A stretch of DNA of 63,570 nt, the filler included. It is 21 parts of 21 records of this genome, joined end to end, with 100 filler letters (N's around TTAATTAATTAA, not from the genome) between each part and the next. Parts side by side here need not be neighbours in the genome. Positions count along the whole stretch, not along the records: positions 29,701 to 35,089 come from SRR36015645_132102; positions 35,190 to 38,652 come from SRR36015645_132377; positions 38,753 to 40,946 come from SRR36015645_132857; positions 41,047 to 43,564 come from SRR36015645_133127; 17 more parts are not named here. The stretch is one strand, 5' to 3'. This document shows, piece by piece, positions 33,001 to 43,664 of this stretch (position 1 is the first letter of the stretch; each line of letters begins with the position of its first letter). Position numbers and translations under genes: made by a program. The notes beneath the pieces were generated by a model. The model was not told the origin of the DNA. It was given only the letters and a program-made list of their open reading frames with translations, and did not search any database.

Positions 33001-34709
33001 GAGCGAAATCTGCTCAAAAACCATATTACGTCAATGACATGACCATCAGCAGCTGCACCATCAGGCCTCTGATTATCTGCAGAAACAAAACCATGTGGAA
33101 TATCCCCGCGCTTGTTTGGTTTGCCACTTTTCAAAAGTTGCTGACATGGAAGGGTATGTTCAAGTGTTCTTTTCCGTATATCAATATCAAACTCATCCAT
33201 GAAACTGTCTGCGTCTACCTGCATTGGCTGTTCTGAGGTTTTCTGAAATATTACGAGGACCGTATCGTGACTTCCACCAATACCAGACTTGGTGTCTTCC
33301 TCATGGTCAAAGTTATCCATTGCTCCATGAATCATATCTGACGAACTAATAACAGGAGGTAGTGGCACTCGATGTCCATCTCCTCTCGCAATGGTTCGAC
33401 TTACAAGAGAGTGGTCTTGTCGCTCAAGTTCATCATAGCTCATGCATAAGCCCATGCGATTCAATATTTGTATAACAGTCTTAGAGCGACAAACTCCATG
33501 TATTGCTTGTGCTGTGCTGACATGCATCGGTGTTTTTTTCCTTCCATCATGGACAAGCGTATACGCAATTTGAAACATAGTATCACACTTCCTAGTAACA
33601 TGTTTAGACTTTGAATGTGAGGGCAGTAGTGTATCGAAAAACATTTTCCACTTTACAGGTCGTTCTGAATCATACTTTTCCATAGATTTTGAAAGGTCAT
33701 TTGCATCACAAAATTTTCCAGTCAAACCAAAGTCAAAGTCCTTGCACTCTTGTCTCAATTGCTCAGCACAATGTTTTATAGAATTACTGGCACGAATGTT
33801 TTCTGCAAGTGCGGCAATAGCAATTTTTGAAGAGAAGAACATTTGGGACTTTGTTTTATCCTTTGGATAAGTGAAACATATTTCTTCTCCAAAATGATTT
33901 ATCAACAGTTGCTTCAGCTTACGGTTTGTTATATGTTGATCTTGAGGAAGACTGCTGTTAAGCAAGATTCTGCAGTCAGTTAATACATATCCATGTGATT
34001 CTAGCTGTAGTGATGGCATCCAGTTATAAAATGCATCATGCAAAGCGTCAGGAATATCTTCCTCCATATTCATCTCCCGTTCCATATCTCGCTTATACTG
34101 TAAAATATATTGGTTAATGCACCTTTTGTGACACATTATGTCAGCCGCAAAAACACTGTTCACATCTTGCAATGTGGATGTTCTATCAAATACAGCATCA
34201 AGATTGAAACGAGTTGCAGCGAGGAATGATTCTGCACGGTCAACCTCACATATGCGGTTAAGTTTAGTTACTCGACCTTTGCTCGAGTGGTTGCAAATAA
34301 TGCAGACTTGAGGCTTATTTGGCTGAGGAAAGTATAGACTCGATCTTTTAGTCCGGGAGGATGCTGCCGACTGATAACTTTCATCACAGTTGTCCTCAGA
34401 ATCATCGGATGACACTTGTACCGAAGAGGCGCGACTGCCTTTAATAACGTACAACTTGTAGCATTTTAAATGGTACACAAACGTATCAGCTGCATCACCA
34501 CAGATGCGTTCCGTAATAATCTGGTCTTTTAAATGAGAACATGCTTCTCTTATTTTAGTTCGACCATTGTCAGTTCCTATTGGTTTTGCAACCTTCTTGT
34601 TAATTTGGCAAAGTATACACATTTCAATGTCTACGTCCGGTTTCTTGCGTTTCATTGATAGAGTGAGTGGAAGGGCAATGTCCTTTTCATTTGATGTCGA
34701 AGCCATCAT
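30045..34709 (-). CDS. Complete Academ (AcademX) transposase, 1554 aa
   Basis: CILC, YHLKC, CIIC, CHKRC. Core MDNFD / WCDEG / GGFH / DQALEQMYN.PAKGPGG and HREGNW. XPG-like VIDFM, VFDLY, HQEADDR, ADTDV, HALTGCD. Terminal Cys8. Confidence 0.88.
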   Translation of the reverse strand: MMASTSNEKDIALPLTLSMKRKKPDVDIEMCILCQINKKVAKPIGTDNGRTKIREACSHLKDQIITERICGDAADTFVYHLKCYKLYVIKGSRASSVQVSSDDSEDNCDESYQSAASSRTKRSSLYFPQPNKPQVCIICNHSSKGRVTKLNRICEVDRAESFLAATRFNLDAVFDRTSTLQDVNSVFAADIMCHKRCINQYILQYKRDMEREMNMEEDIPDALHDAFYNWMPSLQLESHGYVLTDCRILLNSSLPQDQHITNRKLKQLLINHFGEEICFTYPKDKTKSQMFFSSKIAIAALAENIRASNSIKHCAEQLRQECKDFDFGLTGKFCDANDLSKSMEKYDSERPVKWKMFFDTLLPSHSKSKHVTRKCDTMFQIAYTLVHDGRKKTPMHVSTAQAIHGVCRSKTVIQILNRMGLCMSYDELERQDHSLVSRTIARGDGHRVPLPPVISSSDMIHGAMDNFDHEEDTKSGIGGSHDTVLVIFQKTSEQPMQVDADSFMDEFDIDIRKRTLEHTLPCQQLLKSGKPNKRGDIPHGFVSADNQRPDGAAADGHVIDVIWFLSRFRSESNLPDHPGQNMSNVPSWSAFNSLISTENMTQTTVGFTPIIPHPATQYDTIFTCMINFQDTLMQTGQEYGSLWCDEGVYRIAKELQLLLPQQLSNIFLGLGGFHMSKVVIACIGKYLQDSGVENILIENEVFGPLIVQSILNGTHYSRALRGLSLIAELMQTLLWKQFLQQNDSQQFAEVFAAITLLQSACHDRDGEQAQTYFYKCKDLLDTITPKFDAFVKEGKGQSDIFNYWSKFLTYFFPLLRDMTRSHREGNWQLHLSAIQRSLPLFFAFDKTNYSRWGAVFYEDCLQLPHKFPSVHADFLKGHFVVKQSNRKFSCVPMDQALEQMYNKPAKGPGGIVGITRRKESIAQHDLIKQEKVQISFFLRRICGLNDEDEYSLHHEFSDATTKHDALCMQQMLAYVIERDNPFDLSNNGKMRNLVTGKEIDAERCKHLLNCIDIGQQAYDEFVKSRFQDQDKKLFDPIPKLIKKPKKPKTVIFDTQKETTKALHLIDIARTRSYDISQLLTYELTSTSFYLTKDGFLRKSPKSELTHVVEKKLQEPAPQKVPFVEDTHPTAIVIDFMASARKVPVKQLKMKTFGDMAAHLWKTFSAMASTCKRIDIVFDLYEAGGIKGFERIRRCTVDPIEVSINRSDTPLPIDFDRFWASISNKAKFEAFFIRWITEKQSQGMENLSTPVLLGGAHETDTYKCIRLESLIVEEVPELRCKHQEADDRLLLHVQHATCADSFKRVIVASADTDVFICLLYHFNHTWNNSGLLELWVLCGHGSTSRAVPIHDLVVEMPGILVSVLPALHALTGCDTTSKVSTKQAAFKFAEQGGSELIKDFGKLEFTSDMEHKAEKFLASAIAVSKLDKMDEIRYFQYHHKGIKNNFEKLAPTSSSTALHIKRAYLQCYQWINATDTNIQILNPLDHGYELQGELLVPIVVSEPTIPDDFPHPCTCVKCFRPKICPCRVANIMCCDFCKCAGNPGCKNPNNARSFD

Positions 34710-34826
34710 TATATATCTAAAGTTCAGTCACTTGCAATGAACAGCTCTGTGTAAATCTAAAAATATAATAAGAGAAACTAGATTAATTTTCAGTGATACA
34801 ACAACAGATGATAATATTGTATAAGA

Positions 34827-34919
34827 TAGTCAGACTGGTCCAAGTTGTACTTCTAGGAATAGTTGACTGAGCATAGCGAGGTTAGCTATGACAAAGCACA
34901 ACCAGGACTAGTTTGACTA
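34827..34919. mobile_element. 93-bp foldback/MITE-like sequence with TAGTC...GACTA ends
   Basis: tagtcagactggtcc (34827) pairs with ggactagtttgacta (to 34919) at 13/15, extended by gttgtactt/aagcacaac. No clear target-site duplication. Confidence 0.5.
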
Positions 34920-35004
34920 TATTATAGTATAACTTTTATTAACTTGAGAGGGAGCCTGGTAGAGTCCCGTGTGGGTCCCCTAGCTGAATTCCGCTCAGTG
35001 TTGC

Positions 35005-35089
35005 ACATAAACAGGTATTTTGAACATTCTACTACATTATATTAATGCAAATGATCCTGATATGTGTTCTCCTTGCCAAGAGCTTTAAT
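35005..35089. repeat. Right inverted repeat of Academ element
   Basis: Reverse complement of 29701-29785 with 6 mismatches. Confidence 0.95.
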
Positions 35090-35369
35090 NNNNNNNNNNN
35101 NNNNNNNNNNNNNNNNNNNNNNNNNNNNNNNNNTTAATTAATTAANNNNNNNNNNNNNNNNNNNNNNNNNNNNNNNNNNNNNNNNNNNNTCAGAGAGACA
35201 GTGATAAAACTCCTACACCTAACACTGGCCGCCTTTGAAAAACATTATTTTTAGATCTGCCATAGTGAGAATAATATTTACTTTCAAATAAATATGACGT
35301 AACATGATGCGCAGCACAGAGACTCATACAAACTGATTTATAGACTAAGTAATAAAATTGGTTACAGTT

Positions 35370-38300
35370 ATGGCGGCGTCAAGGATTACCTGCATCATTT
35401 GCAACAAAGGTGGTGACACCGATCTAAGAATTAATCCAGCATCAGAGAATTTAGAAAAGCTAAAGGAATTCGCGTCGAAGCGTGCATCTTTTGGCGAGTC
35501 GAAGTATGCGTCACTTTGCAACAAAATCAGCGAACTGTCGAAAGAAGACTATCTAAAATCAGTGTATCATTCTTCCTGTTACAAGGACATAGTACACATT
35601 GGAATGTTGAAGAGGTCGGAGGCAAGACATAACAAAGTACTTGCCTCTTCAAAAGATGTTACACCAGCTAAAAGAGGACGGCCATCGGCAACCAAAAGTG
35701 ATACTGAGGCCGATGCACGGTTAAGGAGGTCAACAGAGAAACCCAAAAAGAACATCCCTAAATGCATTTTTCAGTGTGATCATTGTGAAGAGGGAGTACT
35801 ACATCGGGTTATGAGCAAAAGCATTGGAGAAACGTTTTTATATATAAAAAACAACACAGTAGACATTCAAATTAAAGTAGCCTTGGCTAATGTTATAGAC
35901 CCTCTAGACTGCACCGCGCAGGACATCTTCTATCATAGAAATTGTCTGAGAGATGAAGAACGGTCAATATGTCAAGAAAAGTCAAAAGTTAAATCTTCTG
36001 CAATGGACGACGCCCGATATATCGCAGACATCAATATTGTAAATGCTGTTAAGAGCTCATTGACAGCTGGCACAGTTATTACTATTAGTGACATTGACAA
36101 AAGTTATAGACAATTGCTGCAGGAAAATGGGTTAGATGTGGAGATTGGCGCAAACAAAAAATATCTTAGGAGCTTGATCATCCAAAATATTGAAGATGCG
36201 GAATTTATTCCATCAAGTCGGCGAAATGAAAGTGATCAGGTTGTCAGCAAACAGTTACTAGGTGCAACCATAACCGAGTTAAAAAGTGTGCAAATTTCTG
36301 AAACTCAAGAAGATATAAATTGTCTTACTAAAGCCGCAGATATACTTCGCCGAGAATTACTCTCTGCAGATGCTTGGAACTTTACTGGAACATTCAATGA
36401 TTATAAGCAACAAACAAAGCTCGTCTCCTTCCTGAAATGGATATTAACTGGCCGAAAACTAAATCTGCTTCCAAATGTACATGATCAAAATGTTACCAAG
36501 GCAGCCAGTTTAATTTCACAACTCATTGTAACAAATGTGCTAACAGATCGACAAGTCAGATACAAGTCTGTTTCTGATACAACTATATCAGTCAAGAATG
36601 AAACGCCCCTGAGCATAGGTTTGGCACTAACAGCTCACAAGAAGACAAGAAGCAAAGAATTAGTGAACATGATGTCAAATGTACAGCTTGGATCGACTTA
36701 CCGACAGACAATTAAGCAAGAAAAACAAATTGCCCAAGCTGTGTCTGACAGAATGGAGATGACTGGCGGCTTTTGCCTTCCACCATTTGTAAAGAAAAAC
36801 AAGTCAGTGTTTTTTGCAGCAGACAACATAGATTTTCTTGAGGACACTCCGGATGGACAAAATACTTTACACGGAACTTTACTTGTCATCAATCAAGCAA
36901 ATGTACAAAATGGAGAGCCGGTTAATGAGCCCATTAAAGTTACACATGGCGGTTATAAAACGGCCGTGGAAACTGAAACGATATATCTTACACCACCTAC
37001 AGTTGTGCCAAAGCCTATTACCTTTGACAGTTTCACATTTGAACGTCATTCATTATTGCTGAAAAGTTCACACACGTGTGACGTAGCATGGTTTATGTCT
37101 TGCTACGCTCAAAGGATCAACAGCGAGGTCCAGTGTTCTAAAGTAAAGGATGTCCTTGAAACTACAGCAAGCGCTCCATTGGTGTCGGATAGTAATATAG
37201 TAGACAGTCCCACTTCTTCTGACGACGAAAACGATAACGATGAAGAAAGTGTTGTGAAGCCCGTGAAACGAACGAGTAAGACTGATATAATGCCAACATG
37301 GGCAGCAACCAATTCACTATTGATTCAGTCCAACCCTGAAAGTCCATCGCATGAATGTGTTAACAGTGGTATTGTAGCACCATTACTGAGAAAACCACCA
37401 ACAGATTATAGTGCACTTTATACTGTACTTTGCTTAGCACAGGGCATATCGGCAGTTGTTGTAGGCCCCAATCACAAGACTGTTATTACCTTAGACTTGG
37501 ATCTCTATGAACGAGCACTGAAGCTACAGTCATCATCTAAATCTAGTAATTGGTTTTTGCGCCCAGGTGAACTTCATATTTGTTTTGCTTCTCTGCATGC
37601 GCTTGGAAAATATATTGAGGGCAGTGGTATTGACTTTGTAAGTACCGAGTTAGGACTGTATTCTCCATGCACGATTCGACAAATATTCTCTGGCAAGGCG
37701 TACAAGCGTGGTATAGAGTATCACATAACAAATGCACTAGCCTGTAGAGAGCTAATGTTTGAAGCACACTACACTGATTCAGATATGGAATTCTTACAAG
37801 ATAAATGTCAGAATCTCTGCGTACAGTTGCACAATCGACAACCAGATGCATGCAAAACAAATAATGAAATATGTGTCTGGCTAAGAGAACATTCCGATGA
37901 TCGGCAGACGACAGGTGAGATGGGCCAGTTTCTGCACAGTTATGTGCAGCAAGTGGAGACACTTCTATTGCTAATTCGAGGATCAAGGCAGCGCAACTTA
38001 TCACTGTATCTGGGAGCTCTTGAAGAACAAGTGAAATATTATTTTGGCCATGACCTTTACAAGTATGCTAGGTTGATTCCTGTACATCTCGCCCAGACAG
38101 AAGAGCTGAAGGTAACCGACGAGCACACTTACGAAGCTCTTGAGAGAGGAGATTTTGTTGTGGCAAAAAGCAGCACACCATTCACAAGTTTGTTTGTTGA
38201 TCAAACACTTGAACAGAAAATTCGGGAACTAAAGGTTTCTGGTGGTGTGACAGGTATCACTCAACAAGAAGACGCCTTGAAGAGGTACTTTTTGATAGCT

Positions 38301-38652
38301 CCAGAGCTCTCACGATTGGTCTGTGAGTTTCAGCAAAACTACGGGCTCGCTGATATCTCTGCCAAGGATTCGAAAGAACATTATCAACTCTCCGGTTCGA
38401 TGCCACTGCGCGTTTTTAATAATGCAGGCATGGTGAAAGACAGTATAGTGACACATTGCCATGGAAACCCATTCTCTACGAACACTGTACTAATGAACCT
38501 AGTTTCAAATATGGCTGTAAGTGATGAGGCTAAGGTGGATATCCTGAATCGTGACAGAAAAGGCAATGAAAGGTTTCACGAATTTGTCTCTACACGACTT
38601 GTAGCAAACACGGCCGAAAAATCTGTATGGGACCCTATCACGAAAATGAAAC
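35370..38652 (+). CDS. Academ transposase, N-terminal two-thirds (3'-truncated)
   Basis: CIIC, YHSSC, YHRNC, ADNID..EDT.DG..TLH, TWAATN, TLDLDLY, GELH, YARL, DQTLEQKI..LK.SGGVTG. First ATG at 35370. Confidence 0.82.
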
Positions 38653-38754
38653 NNNNNNNNNNNNNNNNNNNNNNNNNNNNNNNNNNNNNNNNNNNNTTAA
38701 TTAATTAANNNNNNNNNNNNNNNNNNNNNNNNNNNNNNNNNNNNNNNNNNNNAA

Positions 38755-40946
38755 AACAGTCATGGTAAACTATTAAAGGATGTCTGCCTATCTAGTGGAT
38801 GTTTTGTCGTAAATCATTTAAAGCACGGTGGAAAGCAAATGGATGGAGACTTTACCTACCATAAAGGAAACAAAAAATCACAGGTTGACATTGCATTGGT
38901 AAATAAGAAAGCATTGAACAGTTCTCTGACTAATTTTATAGTTCACCGATTAGGGTGGAATCCATCAGACCATCTCCCTATCGAAGTCGTTGCTACAGTT
39001 AAATTGAACGCAAAACTATTGTTAGCACTGAAATGTTCACGTGATATTAACTGTGCCTACAAGCATTCCACCAAGAAGTCGAAGAGATTTCAACCGCACA
39101 ACGTAAACTGGCAGAGCTACAACACATTGATAGAAAACAAAGTGAACTCTCTTACGAGATCCGTGCTTAGTGCAGAACAATTGCAGACCGAATCCGAAGT
39201 TGATTGTGCTATTGAAAACATATCGACTACATTGTACAATTCAGCAAAACTGTGCGAAATTAAAGTTACGAATGGGACTGAAACAAGAATAAGAGATAAT
39301 GAAGCTGATATAAATGATATGAAAACGGAATTACAGCAATTGTGGCTCTGTGCTGACACCAAATTTGAACTATACTGTAGAACATCAACAGTAGAGGACT
39401 ACAAAGAATGGGAAAATGCGAGACAGAAAGCATTATTTCAGATGCAAAAAATACATTGTGAGCAATCGAAACACGAATGGAATGAACTTATTTCCAAAAA
39501 CGATGATAAAAAGCTTTGGAAAAAAATTGACTGGAATGGAAGACTGCGTATAAAATGTGAAACCGTATCTTCACGTCTGGAGATGCCGCCGCCTGTAAAT
39601 GAGATTGCAGAAAGTTTTGCTTCAAAATCGACCTTGCCAGAGCATCACGGTGACTTATGCGATATAAACAGTAATGTTTACATACCACTACTAGATGATA
39701 ATATTTCTGGTCCAGAAATTGTAAATGCTGCAAAGAGTCTTAAGGATGGAAAAGTTACTCGCGATGGATGGACACCAAATATGTTAAAGTCAGTCTTACA
39801 CATACTGTTACCGATTCTGGTATGCATATTTAATGTTATATTTAGTTCGGCTTTGTACCCAACATCATGGTGTGTATCTACTATCAATGCTCTACACAAG
39901 AAACTCTCCATTGCAAATCCTGACAATTATCGTGGAATTTCTCTGGTGAATATGATGGCTAAACTGTATGATTTTATACTATGTAATAGATTTAAACAAT
40001 GGTTTGTGCCGGAGGATGAGCAAAGTGGATTTCAGCCAGGGAGAAGCTGTGCTGAACATGTTTTTCTTGTTCGACTACTGATTGCTATATCAAAGAAACT
40101 GAAGAAACCCTTGTTTCTTGCATTCTTAGATTTCTCTGCCGCTTTTGATAGAGTTTCAAGAAAACTTCTCTTCCAAAAACTTGCAGCCATGGGAATAGGT
40201 GCCACATATCTCGCAGCACTTATAGCGGTGTACAAATACACCGAAAATATTCTAATCATGAATGAGGAAGCATCGTATCCCTTTAACACAAATGCTGGAA
40301 TACGCCAAGGGTCGCCGATATCACCTCTTTTATTTATTGCGTATATTAACGATTTGATTGTGGTGATGAAAAGAATGTTTATTTCTGATGATTTCGTGAA
40401 GGGACTCAGTGTTCTCATTCATGCCGATGACACCGTCGTTGTTGCAGCGTCTAGAGAATCGCTTGAAAATAAGTTAAACAGAATACAACAGTACTGTCAA
40501 GAAAATGAAATAATTCTTCAACCAGCGAAATGTTGTTTTTTGTGTTTTAACACCAAATGTGTAGATGACTACAGAGACGTTGTTATCGGTGAAGGTGTTA
40601 TATCCCATAAAAAGGAAGTGATTTACTTAGGTTCTTATATATCAGAATCAGGAAACATAGAAGAAGATATTGGAAAGCAATTTACTAAGAAATATGCTAA
40701 CTGTTTGAAATTCTATAATTTTGTAAGAGAGAACTTCAGTCTACCATTATTCATTAAAGAGTGTGTTTTGAGAGCATGTGTCATGTCAAGTCTCCTATAC
40801 AACGCCGAAACATGGGGTAATGGTAAATGTTCGCGGTTACAAACAGAGTATTTCAAAATGCTGAAACACATGCTAGGAGTAAGTTCCAAGGCACCGAATG
40901 ACTTAGTTCTGATAGAGACAGGTGCTACTAAAATAGATATTAAAGT
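38755..40946 (+). CDS. LINE ORF2 fragment (end of APE endonuclease + RT), RTE-group-like
   Basis: N.HGK.L, DFTY, SQVDI, SDHLP, NYRGISL, QSGFQ.GRS, DFSAAFD, GIRQGSPISPLLF, HADDT, YLGS. Confidence 0.9.
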
Positions 40947-41105
40947 NNNNNNNNNNNNNNNNNNNNNNNNNNNNNNNNNNNNNNNNNNNNTTAATTAATT
41001 AANNNNNNNNNNNNNNNNNNNNNNNNNNNNNNNNNNNNNNNNNNNNCTATTAACTTGTTAAAATACAACCACTAAATACGGCAATCGTTGCTCACAAGAT
41101 AACTT

Positions 41106-43447
41106 TTAAACAGGTGCAAGTTTGAATTCTTTGTATCTTTGAACAATTTGTTTTTTGTACTCATCTGAAATATGATAATTAGCTGGCCCATTACCACATA
41201 GTTTTACTGGACCACCAATGATTTGTTTAATAGTGACAGTATATATCACGATCGGGCCGTTTTGGATACATAAATTTATCCCCAGTAGAATGTAGATACT
41301 TAATCAAAAATCCTTTAGATTCTGACCCCCCTTCGTACAGTCCAAGGTACCACTTAGATTTATAGCCCACGGCATATACTTCCCCTTCAACGATATTTGG
41401 CTCTGTTACATGTTGTAAAACATCGTGTTTTAACATTGCCAGGGGAATATCCTCACTATCCTCACTATCCATATTGCTATCATCAATTGTGCAACTCATT
41501 TCCTTACTGCTGACTGTAGAAGTTGGAAAAGATGGCTGCTTTGAAGTAAGTACACGGGACCTACTGACTTGTACTGTGCATTGACATGGGATATCTGTGC
41601 AACTACAACTGATAGCTTTGTATGTGATATCCTCAGATCCTGAAAACATCACCATGTGTAGCTTCATTGTGCCTGGCAGGGCTTCTAGATCAGCAGGAAT
41701 AATTTCCCCAATTGAGTTTATGGAATCTCTTTCAACATAGAAGTAGGAAATTTTACTGTTAGGTACGGCAACAAGTTTTTCGTACAGCACGACTGCACCG
41801 GTTATGTCATCACCATGTGCGACAATTCGATCAGATGATTGCTTGACAGCAGCTCCAACACCATCTGGAGCTCCCTTGCCGTGACCGGCTTCGGAAAAAT
41901 GCCATATCACCTTCTTTGCACCATACTTGTCGAATGGCAGTTTGTTTGCCAGGTAGAAGTTTTGTTTGTTCCTATACTGCTTTGTGGGACCATCACTAAC
42001 AAAAATAAACGTTTCTGCATTTATTCCTGAAAGAATAGGATCAAGGTGTGCCCATATGGCTGCTGGACCTTTGCGTAAATCATCAGAAATCGTGCAGTAA
42101 GACTGCACTCCGAACGACTTCGTGTATACCACAACTGTGTGCAACGTCACCTGTTCACGGCTTCCACCAAAGTGAAACGATTGTATTTCCGTGTTATACT
42201 TGCAAGAATAGTTTTCGGAAAAGTCCATATGGATAAGTGCACTATTGTCTGTGAGGTTTTCTTTGATGCTCCTTACAATAGAATGCTGATGTATGCAGCG
42301 AAACATATGTGGAACATATATGTTTTTGTTACATAATCATATGTTAGGCTTGACAACTTATCTACGCTGGTTTCCAACTGCCTCTTTACTAATTTGGTCG
42401 TTACTTTTTTCGCTCCATTTTTCTCATACGTTGACTTCTCAGTTTGCCAGTGCCAGTAGTAGCAGACCTTTGGTTCATTCTCTGTATGGGTGCCGGTATC
42501 ACGGAAATCATTGTCTTTACAGTTGGCGCATTTTCTGTAGGCACAATCTTCATTTTTTATGTCACAGCAAAGCATACTTTGTGCAGCATGAATATCGGTG
42601 GCCGTGGTTACTTTGTTTTCTTTGCAAGCTGAGACCATCAGATTGGCATTTTCACACTTTATACACATACAAGTGTCTCGGCTGTTTATCTCTGGCTTTA
42701 CAATCCAAAACGGACGATAACGGCAAAACGTTGCGTAACTCACATGTTGACATTCAAATTCTTGGCGATATCGCATGAACAGTGTTAACATAGTCGCTGC
42801 CATTTGCCTTTTCTGTCCTCTTCGTGTTTTTGTATCTTTCTTCCCTGGCATAAGTTTGCTGTTCTCATCTCTTTCCAGGAATGATCTAATATGCCATTGG
42901 CGGAAACTGTGGTTTTTCTTTCTTCTTAATGAATCAGATTTCTTCCTGTTTTCGCGCAATGGAATGGCCATTTGCTGTTTTGCATGTTGCATTAGTTTGT
43001 ACTTCTTTACAAGATTGCTTGCTACTATCTGTTTTAAGCTGCGTTTGTCGCTGAGCCCTCTTTTGCTTTTGTATTTGTCACGTAAATCCTTGCACAACAC
43101 GGTATAATGTAGCATAATCTTTCTTCTCACATGGGGTGGTTCTTTGGCCAAGCGGGCTGCTACTTTTCGAGGTGTCGGTGTTAGTGGTATTCCAGTTGTT
43201 TGCTTCCTGCCACCATTGGGAGAAAGATTGAGTGCTCTCTGCTTTCTTTTATTTTCAGTATTAAGTTTTGTTGCCAGTTTCTTATTTTTTGAGTGTAATT
43301 CTTTTATATCTTTCAGAAGATTCTTGTTGTGTCTGTTCATCTGTGAACGGCATAAGAGCGTTCGTTTCCGTCCTGATGTGCCTCTTCCATCAGCACTTGC
43401 TGCAGCTGAATTCCCGTTACTACATCCTGGTTCACTTGCAGTAGGAT
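41106..43447 (-). pseudogene. Sola2-like DDE transposase broken by two frameshifts
   Basis: Motifs CMCIKCEN, DFSENY...EIQSFHF, QVTLHT, SDGPTKQYRNK, EAGHGKGAPDGVG, LPGTMKLH. The frame changes at ~42310-42322 and ~41240-41246. Splice acceptor tgtattttag| at 43449-43448. Confidence 0.75.
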
Positions 43448-43664
43448 CTAAAATACATAATGGATAGTGGATACTATGCTGAAAAAGTTATATTTTGTAG
43501 GCAACAAGTTAAAATTTACAAACGCAGGCTGTCCACCATTCCTCCTTTTTTTTACAAATTGAAGNNNNNNNNNNNNNNNNNNNNNNNNNNNNNNNNNNNN
43601 NNNNNNNNTTAATTAATTAANNNNNNNNNNNNNNNNNNNNNNNNNNNNNNNNNNNNNNNNNNNN

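Larger units (their letters stand above)
29701..35089 (-). mobile_element. Near full-length Academ DNA transposon bounded by terminal inverted repeats
   Basis: Contig ends 29701-29785 and 35005-35089 are inverted repeats (79/85 identical, outer 30 bp perfect) enclosing an intact 1554-aa transposase. Confidence 0.88.

Noticed and set aside
34949-34998. GC-rich patch next to the Academ TIR as a tRNA/SINE or ribozyme
   Set aside because: I see no A/B boxes, cloverleaf or hammerhead core, only weak hairpins.
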